Virus record (IMG/VR): IMGVR_UViG_3300020613_000010
DNA: 45,650 nt
DNA from: a virus
Strand: one strand, 5' to 3'
In this document: positions 22,941 through 32,020 of the stretch, piece by piece
Layout: the number at the start of each line of letters is the position of its first letter
Numbering within the stretch: the stretch's first letter is position 1
The notes under the pieces: generated by a model
Databases searched by the model: none
Told to the model about the DNA's origin: nothing
The model's input: only the letters and a program-made list of their open reading frames with translations
Made by a program: the position numbers and the translations under genes

Positions 22941-23091
22941 CCTAAGCAACCCCCACCGGGCGGGGGCGGAGGCCCCCCTCTGCCGTAACCCGCTGGTGAG
23001 GTCTCTGTTTGGCGCGGAGGGATCAGAGTTTCCTGGAGTGCGATGCTCCGGGTTGTCAAGAGGTGGGCGCGAGGCCCCCAGGAGGCATGTT

Positions 23092-23553
23092 ATGGCGCGA
23101 GGTGGAGCACGTAATCGTTCGGGGCCCCAGCCGGACCCTATGTCGGGCCGGTCTGATGCTCGTGGGTTGAAGTTTGACCAGTTGCCGGCGGAGGGCTATG
23201 GCGGCGAGTTCCCGGAGTTCGGTTTGCCGGGTGCGACTGAGCGCGAGTTGGCGGTGTGGGAGAAGTTGTGGCGGACTCCGCAGGCTGCGGCGTGGGCGCG
23301 TGAGCCGTGGCGTCACTCGGTTGTGGAGAGCTACACGCGCTGGGTGGTTCGTTCGGAGGACCCGGAGGCTTCTGCTGCGATTATGGCGCAGGTGCACCGG
23401 CTTGGCGATCAGCTGGGGTTGACTCCGGCGGGTTTGCGTGAGAATGGGTGGTCCATCGTCCGCGACGAGGTTGCTCCCCGTCGAGAGGCGCACGAGTCGG
23501 TGCCCGCTAAGGCATCGCCTCGGCGGCTGAGGGCCGTTGGCGATGGTGCATAG
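23092..23553 (+). CDS. terS: Terminase small subunit
   Basis: RBS AGGAGG. The position immediately upstream of terL and the FGLPGATERELAVWEKLWRTPQAAAW pattern resemble P27-family small terminases. Confidence 0.75.
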   Translation: MARGGARNRSGPQPDPMSGRSDARGLKFDQLPAEGYGGEFPEFGLPGATERELAVWEKLWRTPQAAAWAREPWRHSVVESYTRWVVRSEDPEASAAIMAQVHRLGDQLGLTPAGLRENGWSIVRDEVAPRREAHESVPAKASPRRLRAVGDGA

Positions 23554-24622
23554 TGCTCGCGTTGGTGTTGTCGATTTCCCAACGCTAGGCGACCTGCTGG
23601 ACGCCTGGTATGAGCAGCATTGCACGATCCCGAACAAGCTGGGTCAGCGCGTCCCGTTTCGTCAGTCTGACTGGCAGTTTTGGTGCTCGGCGAATCACTA
23701 TCGCGTTAAGGAGTCCGCGAAGTGGGACCCGGAGTCGCCGCTTATGGCGCAGGCGTTCGTGTATCGCCGGTCGATGGTTGTTGCGCCGCAGAAGACGGGT
23801 AAGGGTCCGTGGTCTGCTGCTGTGACTGCTGGCGAGGCGGTCGGCCCGGTGATGTTCGCTGGCTGGGCGAAGGCTGGTGACGCGTATCGCTGTGCCGATA
23901 ATGGCTGCTCGTGCGGTTGGGAGTTCTATTATGAGCCTGGGGAGGCGATGGGGCGTCGTCGCCCCGGGCCGTTGATCCAGCTGCTTGCAACGTCGGAGGA
24001 GCAGGCGGCGAATGTCTACGGGCCGCTTTCCACGATCATCATGGATGGCCCTCTGACGCGGCTTATGGCGACTCGTGAGGGCTTCATTCGCATTCTTGAT
24101 GGGGATGGTGGCCCGAAGTCGAATCGTATCGACGTTGTCTCGTCTTCCGCCCGTTCTCGACTCGGCAACCCGATCACGTTCGCGGTCCAGGACGAGGTCG
24201 GGCTGTATACGGTGCAGAACAAGATGATCGAGGTGGCGAACGCTCAGCGTCGCGGTCTCGCGGGTATGGGTGGTCGCTCGATTGCGACGACGAATGCGTG
24301 GAATCCGGCTGAGAACTCGGATGCGCAGCGCACGTTTGAGGGCAACCATAAGGACGTGTTCACGTTCTATCGTCAGCCCCCTGCGGACTTGTCCTACACG
24401 AACAAGCGGGAGCGTCGGAAGATCCATGCTTTCGCCTATGCGGGGTCACCGTGGGTTGATCTGGATGACATCGAGGGCATGGCGGCCGAGCTGATGGCGA
24501 ATGACCCGGCTGAGGCCGAGAGGTTCTACGGTAACCGGCTTGTGTCGGGTTCCGGTGCGTGGCTTCGAGACGGGGTGTGGGATGCAGCTTACGCAGGTCG
24601 AGTGGTTGCCGAGTCCCCCTGA
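23543..24622 (+). CDS. terL: Terminase large subunit, N-terminal ATPase part (frame ends at TGA 24620-24622)
   Basis: Walker A VVAPQKTGKGPW and Walker B-like ITFAVQDEVG. The start could be TTG 23537, ATG 23543 or GTG 23546. Confidence 0.85.
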   Translation: MVHSARVGVVDFPTLGDLLDAWYEQHCTIPNKLGQRVPFRQSDWQFWCSANHYRVKESAKWDPESPLMAQAFVYRRSMVVAPQKTGKGPWSAAVTAGEAVGPVMFAGWAKAGDAYRCADNGCSCGWEFYYEPGEAMGRRRPGPLIQLLATSEEQAANVYGPLSTIIMDGPLTRLMATREGFIRILDGDGGPKSNRIDVVSSSARSRLGNPITFAVQDEVGLYTVQNKMIEVANAQRRGLAGMGGRSIATTNAWNPAENSDAQRTFEGNHKDVFTFYRQPPADLSYTNKRERRKIHAFAYAGSPWVDLDDIEGMAAELMANDPAEAERFYGNRLVSGSGAWLRDGVWDAAYAGRVVAESP

Positions 24623-25196
24623 CGGGTCCAAGGTCTGTTTGGGTTTCGACGGTTCGGAGAACCACGACCACACGGCCATTCAGGGTGAGACTATCGACGG
24701 GCTCACCTTTACGCCGCGTTACGGGCCGGATAGTCGCCCTACCGTTTGGAATCCGGAAGAGTGGGGCGGGCAGATCCCACGCGGGGAAGTGGCCGCTGCC
24801 GTGGATGAGCTGTTCGCCCGCTATTCGGTGGCGCGAATGTATGCCGACCCTCACGACTGGTATTCCGAGATTGGCGACTGGGCGCTCCAGTATGGTGAGG
24901 AGCATGTGTTTGAGTGGAACACGTCGAGGATTGCCAAGATGTATGACGAGATCCGCCGTTTCGAGGTGGACTTGCGTGAAGGTCGCATGACGCACGACGG
25001 CTGCCCGATCGCCGCCCTGCACGCGGCTAACGCGCGTAAGGTCGCCAAGCCGGGCCAGAAGTACATCCTGGGGAAGCCGGCCGCTCACCAGAAGATCGAC
25101 GCCATTATGGCGCGCATTCTCGCCCATACTGCCGCGTCTGATGCGCGTCTTGATGGCTGGGGAGAAGTAACCGATAACCGTATGTGGTGTTTCTAG
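24621..25196 (+). CDS. terL: Terminase large subunit, C-terminal nuclease part (+1 frame relative to the N-terminal part)
   Basis: ..KVCLGFDGSENHDHTAI.., MYADPHDW.. and HQKIDAIMA are RNase H-fold terminase nuclease motifs. This frame is open from 24501 and there is no plausible independent start. Confidence 0.8.
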   Translation, partial: DGSKVCLGFDGSENHDHTAIQGETIDGLTFTPRYGPDSRPTVWNPEEWGGQIPRGEVAAAVDELFARYSVARMYADPHDWYSEIGDWALQYGEEHVFEWNTSRIAKMYDEIRRFEVDLREGRMTHDGCPIAALHAANARKVAKPGQKYILGKPAAHQKIDAIMARILAHTAASDARLDGWGEVTDNRMWCF

Positions 25197-25207
25197 GAGG
25201 TGCTGGT

Positions 25208-26554
25208 ATGTCCCTGTTGCCCCTGGATGAGTCTAAGCTGGTTGACGACCTGAGTCGTCGGCTGTTCACCTCGTATACGGACGATCAGCGGTTTGATCGC
25301 TACTACGAGGGCACCCAGCGTCTTGCCCATATTGGTCTCGCTGTGCCGCCGGAGTTGCGGAAGTTTGAGACGGTGCTGAACTGGTGCCGTACTGTGGTCG
25401 ATTCGGTGTCGGATCGTATGCGGATGAAGGCGTTCTATCTTCCGGGTGAGGATCGGGCGTCTGAGGCGTTGCGTGAGTCGTGGGACTATAACAACCTGGA
25501 CTCCGAGTCAATCGCTCACCATCAGGAGATGCTGATTCTTGGGCGTGGGTTTGTGTCTGTGGGCGCGAATGAGGAGGACCCGGAGTTCCCGCTGATTCAG
25601 GTGGAGAATCCGCGTGAGTTGGCGGTGGACATTGACCACCGTCATCGTCGTCTGCGGGCTGCGGTGCGGGTGATGCCGTCTGAGAATGATGCGCCGGGCA
25701 CGCCGTCTAATGCGGTGCTGTACCTGCCTGACTCCACGATGCGCTTGAAGCGGCATCAGGGCCGGTGGGTGGTCGAGGATAGGGACGACCACGGGCTGGG
25801 GCGTGTGCCTCTAGTGATGTTCTTGAACCGTCGCCGTGTGGGCCAGTGGACGGGTGTGTCGGAGATGGTGGACGCGATCCCTCTGGTTGATGCTGCGGCC
25901 CGGTCGCTGACGAACTTGCAGCTCGCGGGTGAGACGCATTCTGTGCCTCAGAAGTACGTCCTTGGCATGTCTAAGGGCGATTTTGTGGACGCGGAGGGTA
26001 AGCCGATCCCGGCGTGGGAGGCGTATTTCAACGCGATTTGGGCGAACCAGAACAAGGATGCGAAGGTTGGTCAGTTCGCGGCGTCGGACCTGTCGAACTT
26101 CCATAACACGGTGGACCATTACGCGTCGAAGCTGGCTGGCCTGTACGGTCTGCCGGCCCGCTATGTGGGTATCACGAGTGTGAATCCGGCGGCTGAGGGT
26201 GCGATTCGCGCTGAGGAGGCGCGTCTGATTCTGAACGTCGAGAAGAAGGCCGCTCTGGCCGGCGACGGCTGGGGTTGGGTGATGGGCCTGGTTGAGCGGT
26301 TCCGCACTGGCGAGTGGGTTTCTGGGTCGCGGATCAAGACGGACTGGTTTGATGCTGGCACTCCGACGTATGCGCAGCGGGCGGACGCTCTGACGAAGAT
26401 GTACAACAGTGGTCAGGGCATCCTTTCTCGTGAGGGCGTGTGGGAGGAGCTGGGCTGGTCTGAGGCGCGCATGGAGCGTGAGCGGTCCAGGTTCGAGGCT
26501 GAGGCGCGCGCCGGTCTGGTCGCGCTGGAGAAGGTCGTGGACGAGGGCGCATGA
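25208..26554 (+). CDS. Portal protein
   Basis: RBS AGGAGG. 448 aa located immediately after terL, with SPP1 gp6-like sequence character. Confidence 0.9.
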   Translation: MSLLPLDESKLVDDLSRRLFTSYTDDQRFDRYYEGTQRLAHIGLAVPPELRKFETVLNWCRTVVDSVSDRMRMKAFYLPGEDRASEALRESWDYNNLDSESIAHHQEMLILGRGFVSVGANEEDPEFPLIQVENPRELAVDIDHRHRRLRAAVRVMPSENDAPGTPSNAVLYLPDSTMRLKRHQGRWVVEDRDDHGLGRVPLVMFLNRRRVGQWTGVSEMVDAIPLVDAAARSLTNLQLAGETHSVPQKYVLGMSKGDFVDAEGKPIPAWEAYFNAIWANQNKDAKVGQFAASDLSNFHNTVDHYASKLAGLYGLPARYVGITSVNPAAEGAIRAEEARLILNVEKKAALAGDGWGWVMGLVERFRTGEWVSGSRIKTDWFDAGTPTYAQRADALTKMYNSGQGILSREGVWEELGWSEARMERERSRFEAEARAGLVALEKVVDEGA

Positions 26555-27741
26555 GCACCCCGGAGACTGCGGTGAAGCATTATCGGGCGATGTTGCGGTT
26601 GCAGCGGTCGGCTAGAGCTGCTGCTGCTGTGGCGTGGTCGTCGTTGTCGGCGGCTTATCTGTCTGAGTCGTGGGGTGGTGTGTCGCCGGCGTTGGTCGCG
26701 GCGGTGTCTAAGCTCCAGCTTGACGCGGCCACGCGCGGCGCAGGTTACGGCGGGAATACGCTGGCGGATCAGGGGCTGTATGAGGCCCCTGAGGCGTGGG
26801 TGGACCCGTCGTCTTTGGCCGGCGTGTCTTCGCGTGGCGCTTCGTTGGGTGCGGCCCTGTATTCGGCTATCCCGCACACGAAGGACCTGATTGCTGGCGG
26901 GATGCCGGAGCGTGTGGCGTTGGCTCGTGGCCGTGAGGTGTTGCAGATGTCGGCGGCCACTCAGGTGGCGGATGCTGGGCGTACTGCGGCGGGGTTGGAC
27001 ACGTTCGCCCGCCCGAAGGTCGGCTATGTGCGGATGTTGAATCCGCCGTCGTGTTCACGGTGCGCGGTTCTTGCGGGCCGTTTTTACCGGAACAATGAGG
27101 GTTTCCAACGGCATCCGCGCTGTGATTGTGTGCATGTGCCGACGACGCGCACTGAGGCGGCTTCGAGTGAGGGCCTGGTCCATGACCCTTATGCGTATTT
27201 CGAGTCGTTGAGTGAGTCCGCGCAGGATAAGACGTTCGGTAAGGCGCAGGCGCAGGCTATCCGTGATGGGGCCGACTTGTTTCAGGTCGTGAACGCCCGC
27301 CGTGGGATGTCCTATGCGGGCGTGTCGGCGGATGGGTCGCGGCGGGGCCAGAAGGTGGCCTCGGACTTCACCCGTGAGGGCACGACTAGGCGCGCGCTAT
27401 GGGGTGGCGCTAACCCGAGGGGGAAGCGCCTGACGCCGGACGCGATCTACGCCCAGGGGCTGCCGCGTGAGGAGACTTTGGTTCTGCTCGCCAAGCACGG
27501 CTACCTGCTCCCGCAGGGGCAGGTTGCTGAGGGCGCGATCCGTGGCGCTGGCCCTGTGGTCCCACGTTCGGACCTCACTGCCGCTGAGAAGCGTCTCCAG
27601 ACCGCGCGTTTGCGGTGGGAGGCGGTCCAGGATGGCCGCAACCCGCATGGGCACGGCCCGTTGACCCCGGAGGTCGCCGCCCGCGTGGAGGCCGACTACC
27701 GGCGCTGGCTGGCATCGAACGGCCAGATTCACACTGATTGA
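26551..27741 (+). CDS. MuF-like minor capsid / head morphogenesis protein
   Basis: ATGA overlap start. MLNPPSCSRCAVLAGRFYR....HPRCDCVHVP is the MuF motif. Confidence 0.85.
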   Translation: MSTPETAVKHYRAMLRLQRSARAAAAVAWSSLSAAYLSESWGGVSPALVAAVSKLQLDAATRGAGYGGNTLADQGLYEAPEAWVDPSSLAGVSSRGASLGAALYSAIPHTKDLIAGGMPERVALARGREVLQMSAATQVADAGRTAAGLDTFARPKVGYVRMLNPPSCSRCAVLAGRFYRNNEGFQRHPRCDCVHVPTTRTEAASSEGLVHDPYAYFESLSESAQDKTFGKAQAQAIRDGADLFQVVNARRGMSYAGVSADGSRRGQKVASDFTREGTTRRALWGGANPRGKRLTPDAIYAQGLPREETLVLLAKHGYLLPQGQVAEGAIRGAGPVVPRSDLTAAEKRLQTARLRWEAVQDGRNPHGHGPLTPEVAARVEADYRRWLASNGQIHTD

Positions 27742-27796
27742 CTCCCGTCGTGCGCGATGCACGGTCCGGGTTCCACCTACCGCGATGGAGGGCAAA

Positions 27797-28291
27797 ATGT
27801 CGGACGCCGACAACACCACCGAACCGACCCAGGTTGAGGCCGCTGAGACTCCCGTTGAGGAGCAGCAGGCGGAGGAGACCCTGGGTGATCCGGGGAAGAA
27901 GGCGCTGGCCGCTGAGCGCGATGCTCGTAAGGCTGCTGAGCGCCGTTTCGCTGAGGCTGAGGCCCGCCTGAAGGAGATTGAGGACGCGAACCTGTCCGAG
28001 CTCCAGAAGGCGCAGCGTGACGCTGAGGAGTACCGCTCCAAGCTTGCAAGTCTCCAGGTCGAGAACGCTCGTTCCCGGATCGCTCTGGAGAAGGGTGTCC
28101 CGTCCGACCTTATCGAGTTCATCGTTGGCGAGGACGAGGAGCAGATGGCCGCGAAGGCTGACCTGCTGATGTCCCGCCTGAACTCTACCCCTTCCACCCC
28201 CAAGCCGGACTTCACGCAGGGTGCTTCTAGCACGCCTGCCCCGGCAACGCGCCCCGGCGCTGACACGTTCGCCGCCGGGGTTCGACTCTGA
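27797..28291 (+). CDS. Scaffolding protein
   Basis: Acidic, Ala/Glu-rich coiled coil directly upstream of the major capsid gene. GGAGGG precedes the ATG at 27797 (alternative start 27785). Confidence 0.8.
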   Translation: MSDADNTTEPTQVEAAETPVEEQQAEETLGDPGKKALAAERDARKAAERRFAEAEARLKEIEDANLSELQKAQRDAEEYRSKLASLQVENARSRIALEKGVPSDLIEFIVGEDEEQMAAKADLLMSRLNSTPSTPKPDFTQGASSTPAPATRPGADTFAAGVRL

Positions 28292-28315
28292 ACCTTCTAA
28301 CAGAAAGGCCGAACC

Positions 28316-29227
28316 ATGGCCGTCACTCTTGCCCAGGCTGCCGCACTGGAGCCGTCGCCGCTCCGTCGCGGCACCATGGAGATGTTCTCTCAGGTGTCCA
28401 CCGTTTTTGACCGTCTCCCGCTGGAGTCGATCAACGGTGCCGCCTACGCCTACTCGAAGGACAAGGTGCTTCCGGGCACCGCGTTCCGTACCGTCAACGA
28501 GGCTTACGTCGAGTCCACCGGCCTCGTGAACCAGGACACCGAGTCTCTGGTGATCCTGGGCGGTGAGGCGCACGTTGACACTTTCATCGAGCGCACGATG
28601 GACTCCACCCCGGAGCTTCTGCTCGCCGGCCAGACCCGCATGAAGGTCGAGTCGCTTCAGGCCACGTTCGTTGACTCCATGTTCAACGGTGACACCACCG
28701 TTGACCCCAAGGGTTTCGACGGCCTGCGTAAGCGTCTTGTTGGCGCTCAGGTCATTGACTCTTCCGCGCCGACCAACTCTGAGGGGTTCCTGGATGAGCT
28801 GGACGAGCTGTTCGGCCAGGTCCAGGGCGGTATCCCCGATGTGGTGTACGCGCCCCAGGCTGCTATCGCCAAGCTTAAGTCGCTGGGCCGTAAGGTCGGC
28901 GGTGCTGACTACATCAACTCGGAGATCACGGGCAAGCGCGAGTTCACCTGGAACGGTGTGCCGTTCGTGGACCCGGGCGAGCACTGGTCTGGTCGTCCCA
29001 TTCTCCCGGCGAACGCTGAGGATGGTTCGGACTTCTACGCGGTGAAGTTCGCGTCCGGTTTCGATGACGTGGGCGTGCTGGGCTTCACTAACGGTGGAGT
29101 GCAGGTCAAGCAGCTGGGGGAGCTTCAGGAGAAGCCTGCTCTGGGTGTCCGTATCGAGTTCTTCGTCGGTCTGACCGCGCAGGGCGGCAAGGCCGCTGCC
29201 CGCCTCAAGGGCGTCAAGAGCGCCTGA
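28316..29227 (+). CDS. Major capsid protein (HK97 fold)
   Basis: 303 aa. Called from its position after the scaffold and a typical actinophage MCP N-terminus (AVTLAQAA..PL..G). Confidence 0.9.
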   Translation: MAVTLAQAAALEPSPLRRGTMEMFSQVSTVFDRLPLESINGAAYAYSKDKVLPGTAFRTVNEAYVESTGLVNQDTESLVILGGEAHVDTFIERTMDSTPELLLAGQTRMKVESLQATFVDSMFNGDTTVDPKGFDGLRKRLVGAQVIDSSAPTNSEGFLDELDELFGQVQGGIPDVVYAPQAAIAKLKSLGRKVGGADYINSEITGKREFTWNGVPFVDPGEHWSGRPILPANAEDGSDFYAVKFASGFDDVGVLGFTNGGVQVKQLGELQEKPALGVRIEFFVGLTAQGGKAAARLKGVKSA

Positions 29228-29244
29228 TTCTAGGAGGAAACAAC

Positions 29245-29556
29245 ATGGCAACTCGCCCCAAGACGACTCGTCTTTCGAACGATGTTACTAAGCCCCAGCC
29301 GACCGCCACGGGGGATGCCCCGGCGGATACCTGGGACCCTGCTGAGCGGGCGACTTCGGTGCGCCCGGACAAGGCGGCTGCTGCTGCTGCCGGCCATCAG
29401 ACGGTGAACGCCGTTGTGAAGGTCGGGGAGTACCGGCCTGCCGAGCTGACTGGCACGCGAACGGAGACCTATGAGGTGCTTTCGCCGGACGGTAAGCGGC
29501 TCACCGTGACTCACAACTACGACACCGGGGTTACCAGCACCGCGCCTGCGGAGTGA
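29245..29556 (+). CDS. Hypothetical head-region protein
   Basis: RBS AGGAGGAA; 103 aa. Confidence 0.65.
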   Translation: MATRPKTTRLSNDVTKPQPTATGDAPADTWDPAERATSVRPDKAAAAAAGHQTVNAVVKVGEYRPAELTGTRTETYEVLSPDGKRLTVTHNYDTGVTSTAPAE

Positions 29557-29604
29557 CCCTACCAACCGGCGCGGTTCGCGTCGTAGCTGAGGGGAGGTCA
29601 GGGC

Positions 29605-30039
29605 ATGGCCCTTGTGACTGCTGATGATGTTCAGGTTCGCCTGGGTCGTGACCTGACTGTCTCCCAGCGCGCTCAGGTGGATGCGTGGTTGACGGACCTG
29701 GAGGCGTTGGCTGAGGCTCGCGCCCCTGGGTTCGTTGCCCGGTCTTTCAACGGTTCGCCGTCGTTGGAGGTTGTGCGGGCGGTGTTCGCGCAGGCTGTGC
29801 GGCGGATCATGCTGAATCCGGAGGGGTTGCGGCAGGAGTCCCGCACGATTGATGACTACACGGAGTCTCGCACGTTCGATTCGGCTGTGTCGGCGTCGAG
29901 TGTGGGGTTCACGGATGAGGAGTGGGCGCAGTTGATGCCTGCTTCGGCGTCTGCGGCGTTTTCGATTCGTGCGTCTGGTGCCCCGGATGATGTGCGCGGT
30001 GTTTGGTCTACGTCTACGTCATGGCGGTGGCCGGTGTGA
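29605..30039 (+). CDS. Head-to-tail adaptor (connector)
   Basis: MALVTADDVQVRLGRDLT..QV..WL is typical of gp6-like adaptors, and the position fits. Confidence 0.7.
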   Translation: MALVTADDVQVRLGRDLTVSQRAQVDAWLTDLEALAEARAPGFVARSFNGSPSLEVVRAVFAQAVRRIMLNPEGLRQESRTIDDYTESRTFDSAVSASSVGFTDEEWAQLMPASASAAFSIRASGAPDDVRGVWSTSTSWRWPV

Positions 30040-30428
30040 GTGCGGATGAGTTGACGGCCCGTGGCCGTCGTGCTGCTGAGTCGTTGATGACGGATCTTGT
30101 GCGTGTGTCGAGGGCGTCTGGCGGTCCGGTGACTGACCCGGTGACTGGTGTGGCTTCTGTCCCGTCTGTGGTCGTGTATGAGGGCATTGGGCGGGTGCAG
30201 GGTCGCGCGACTGAGGCGAAGACGGTGGACGGCGTTCAGGTGTACATCCTGTCCGATCTGACTGTGCAGCTTCCGGTGTCCGTTGAGCCGGTGGTGGATG
30301 ACGAGGTGCGGGTGGTTGAGTCGTTGACTGAGCCGCACCTGGTGGGGCGGACGTTTCGCGTGAAGTCGGCCCCGCGTAAGTCTCACGCAACGATGACGCG
30401 GTGTGAGGCGGAGGAGGTGGCCGCGTAG
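30036..30428 (+). CDS. Head closure / head-tail stopper protein
   Basis: GTGA overlap start (alternative ATG at 30021). Called from synteny. Confidence 0.6.
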   Translation: MSADELTARGRRAAESLMTDLVRVSRASGGPVTDPVTGVASVPSVVVYEGIGRVQGRATEAKTVDGVQVYILSDLTVQLPVSVEPVVDDEVRVVESLTEPHLVGRTFRVKSAPRKSHATMTRCEAEEVAA

Positions 30429-30823
30429 TGGCTATCGACAACAAGGAGTTGTACGCTCTCGCTTCGGACCTGGGAAAGATGCCGCAGGTTATGGCACGCA
30501 AGTCCAAGCCGATCTTCCGGCGCACGGCGCTGGAGGTGAAGAACGGCATGCAGGCTGACCTCCGCGAGTCCAGGCACTTCAAGCAGGTCGCCCAGTCCGT
30601 TGACTATGACGTGACGGAGGGCGGCGTGCTCGGCGCGTTGTCGATGTCGGCGGAGATCGGCCCGAACGCTGAGCGCAACAGTTCTGCCCCGCTTGCCGGT
30701 ATCGCCTATTTCGGTGGCGTCAATGGCGGTGGTGGGACGGTCCGTGACCCGGTATTCCATGCGGTGGAGCAGGGTTCACGGATGGTCGGGTACATCAAGG
30801 ACGCGGCGGAGGGGTTGCTGTGA
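30428..30823 (+). CDS. HK97 gp10-like head-tail joining protein
   Basis: GTG start. L..L..MP......K...RRTALEV pattern plus synteny. Confidence 0.7.
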   Translation: MAIDNKELYALASDLGKMPQVMARKSKPIFRRTALEVKNGMQADLRESRHFKQVAQSVDYDVTEGGVLGALSMSAEIGPNAERNSSAPLAGIAYFGGVNGGGGTVRDPVFHAVEQGSRMVGYIKDAAEGLL

Positions 30824-31248
30824 TTGAGTTCATCGCCGCCGCTGCCGCCCGTGTCCCGTTCCGGGCGCACGAGATGGGCGCTGACCTGCCCGACCGTCCG
30901 ACACCCCAGGACTACCCCTATGTTGTGCTGTGGTCCGACCTGGGGCTGGAGTTCTCTGGGGATCAGCCTGGGTGGGATGACTCGTTGGCGGATCTGCCGG
31001 ACGCCCTGGAAGTGAACATCCGTGCGACCTATGTGGGGTTGTCCAAGGAGTCTGTGGCGGTTCTCGCGCGCCGGACTAGGGCAGCCCTGAACCGTGCCGT
31101 GCTGGAAGTCGAGGGGTGGACGTGCGCACCGCTACGCCAAGCCCCACTGGCCGGCATCGCCGCCGATGAGTCCGTGCAGATAGAGCAGATGCATCCCCAT
31201 TTCGCGGTCGATGAGTACCGCCTGATTGCTACCAGGGAGCTGACATGA
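30820..31248 (+). CDS. Tail terminator
   Basis: GTGA overlap start. It sits immediately upstream of the major tail region. Confidence 0.6.
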   Translation: MIEFIAAAAARVPFRAHEMGADLPDRPTPQDYPYVVLWSDLGLEFSGDQPGWDDSLADLPDALEVNIRATYVGLSKESVAVLARRTRAALNRAVLEVEGWTCAPLRQAPLAGIAADESVQIEQMHPHFAVDEYRLIATRELT

Positions 31249-31430
31249 CCGAGAAGGTTGACGTGCAGGACACCGAGACCGGGCGGAAGTATACGATCCC
31301 GGCCCATTGGCTTGAACTGGACCACCCTCAGTTCAAGCGTTTCAAGAAGACCGCCCGCCAGTCGAAGGCGGACGAGACCAAGGGCCAGACCGCCGGGTCG
31401 GCCTCTTCCCCTAAGACCAAGGAGGACTGA
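31245..31430 (+). CDS. Hypothetical protein (61 aa)
   Basis: ATGA overlap start. Confidence 0.6.
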   Translation: MTEKVDVQDTETGRKYTIPAHWLELDHPQFKRFKKTARQSKADETKGQTAGSASSPKTKED

Positions 31431-31432
31431 CC

Positions 31433-31948
31433 ATGGCGAAGATGATCGCTGACGGCAAGACCAAGTTCACTATCCTGACTGCTGCCCCGGCTAACCCGGA
31501 GGCCCCGACCGCCACTGAGCTGAACGCGGGCATCGACATTTCGTGTGACGTGCTCGCCTCCGACTTCACCTGGGGTGCCGGCGACTCGAACACTGTCTCC
31601 GAGCAGGCGCTGTGCGACGAGACCGCCGCTGAGGTGATGACCTCGTCCGTGTTCAACGGCGGCTTCACCATCTGGCGTCAGTTCGCCACGGGCGGAGGCT
31701 TCGATGGCACCTCGCAGGCCGAGGCCGCCATGGAGGTGCTGAAGGTCAAGGGCACCACGTTCTGGGCTTACGCGCGCCAGACGGATAAGCCGGCGCGCGA
31801 GGACTGGGCTGCGGGTGATGAGATCTACCTGGGCGGCGAGGTCATCAACGATAACCCCGCCCGCACGGACGGTTCCGGCTTCATTAAGTACCGGGTGCCG
31901 CTGAAGGTGCAGAAGGGCTACCCGTTTATCGAGGTCGCCGCCGCCTGA
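31433..31948 (+). CDS. Major tail protein
   Basis: RBS AAGGAGGA. 171 aa, followed by a strong terminator and the chaperone pair. Confidence 0.85.
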   Translation: MAKMIADGKTKFTILTAAPANPEAPTATELNAGIDISCDVLASDFTWGAGDSNTVSEQALCDETAAEVMTSSVFNGGFTIWRQFATGGGFDGTSQAEAAMEVLKVKGTTFWAYARQTDKPAREDWAAGDEIYLGGEVINDNPARTDGSGFIKYRVPLKVQKGYPFIEVAAA

Positions 31949-31954
31949 TAGACC

Positions 31955-31998
31955 CCGTGGCGGGCGGACGGCTCACCGCCCGCCACGGCCCCACTTTT
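31955..31998 (+). terminator. Intrinsic terminator after the major tail gene
   Basis: 13-bp stem CCGTGGCGGGCGG / CCGCCCGCCACGG followed by CCCCACTTTTT. Confidence 0.8.
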
Positions 31999-32020
31999 TG
32001 AGCCGCCTAAAGGAGAAGGC

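Noticed and set aside
22888-23091. An upstream extension of the terS ORF (221-aa version) overlapping the end of the HNH gene.
   Set aside because: The N-terminal 68 residues are junk-like and overlap the HNH gene and the spacer. A strong AGGAGG RBS precedes the ATG at 23092.
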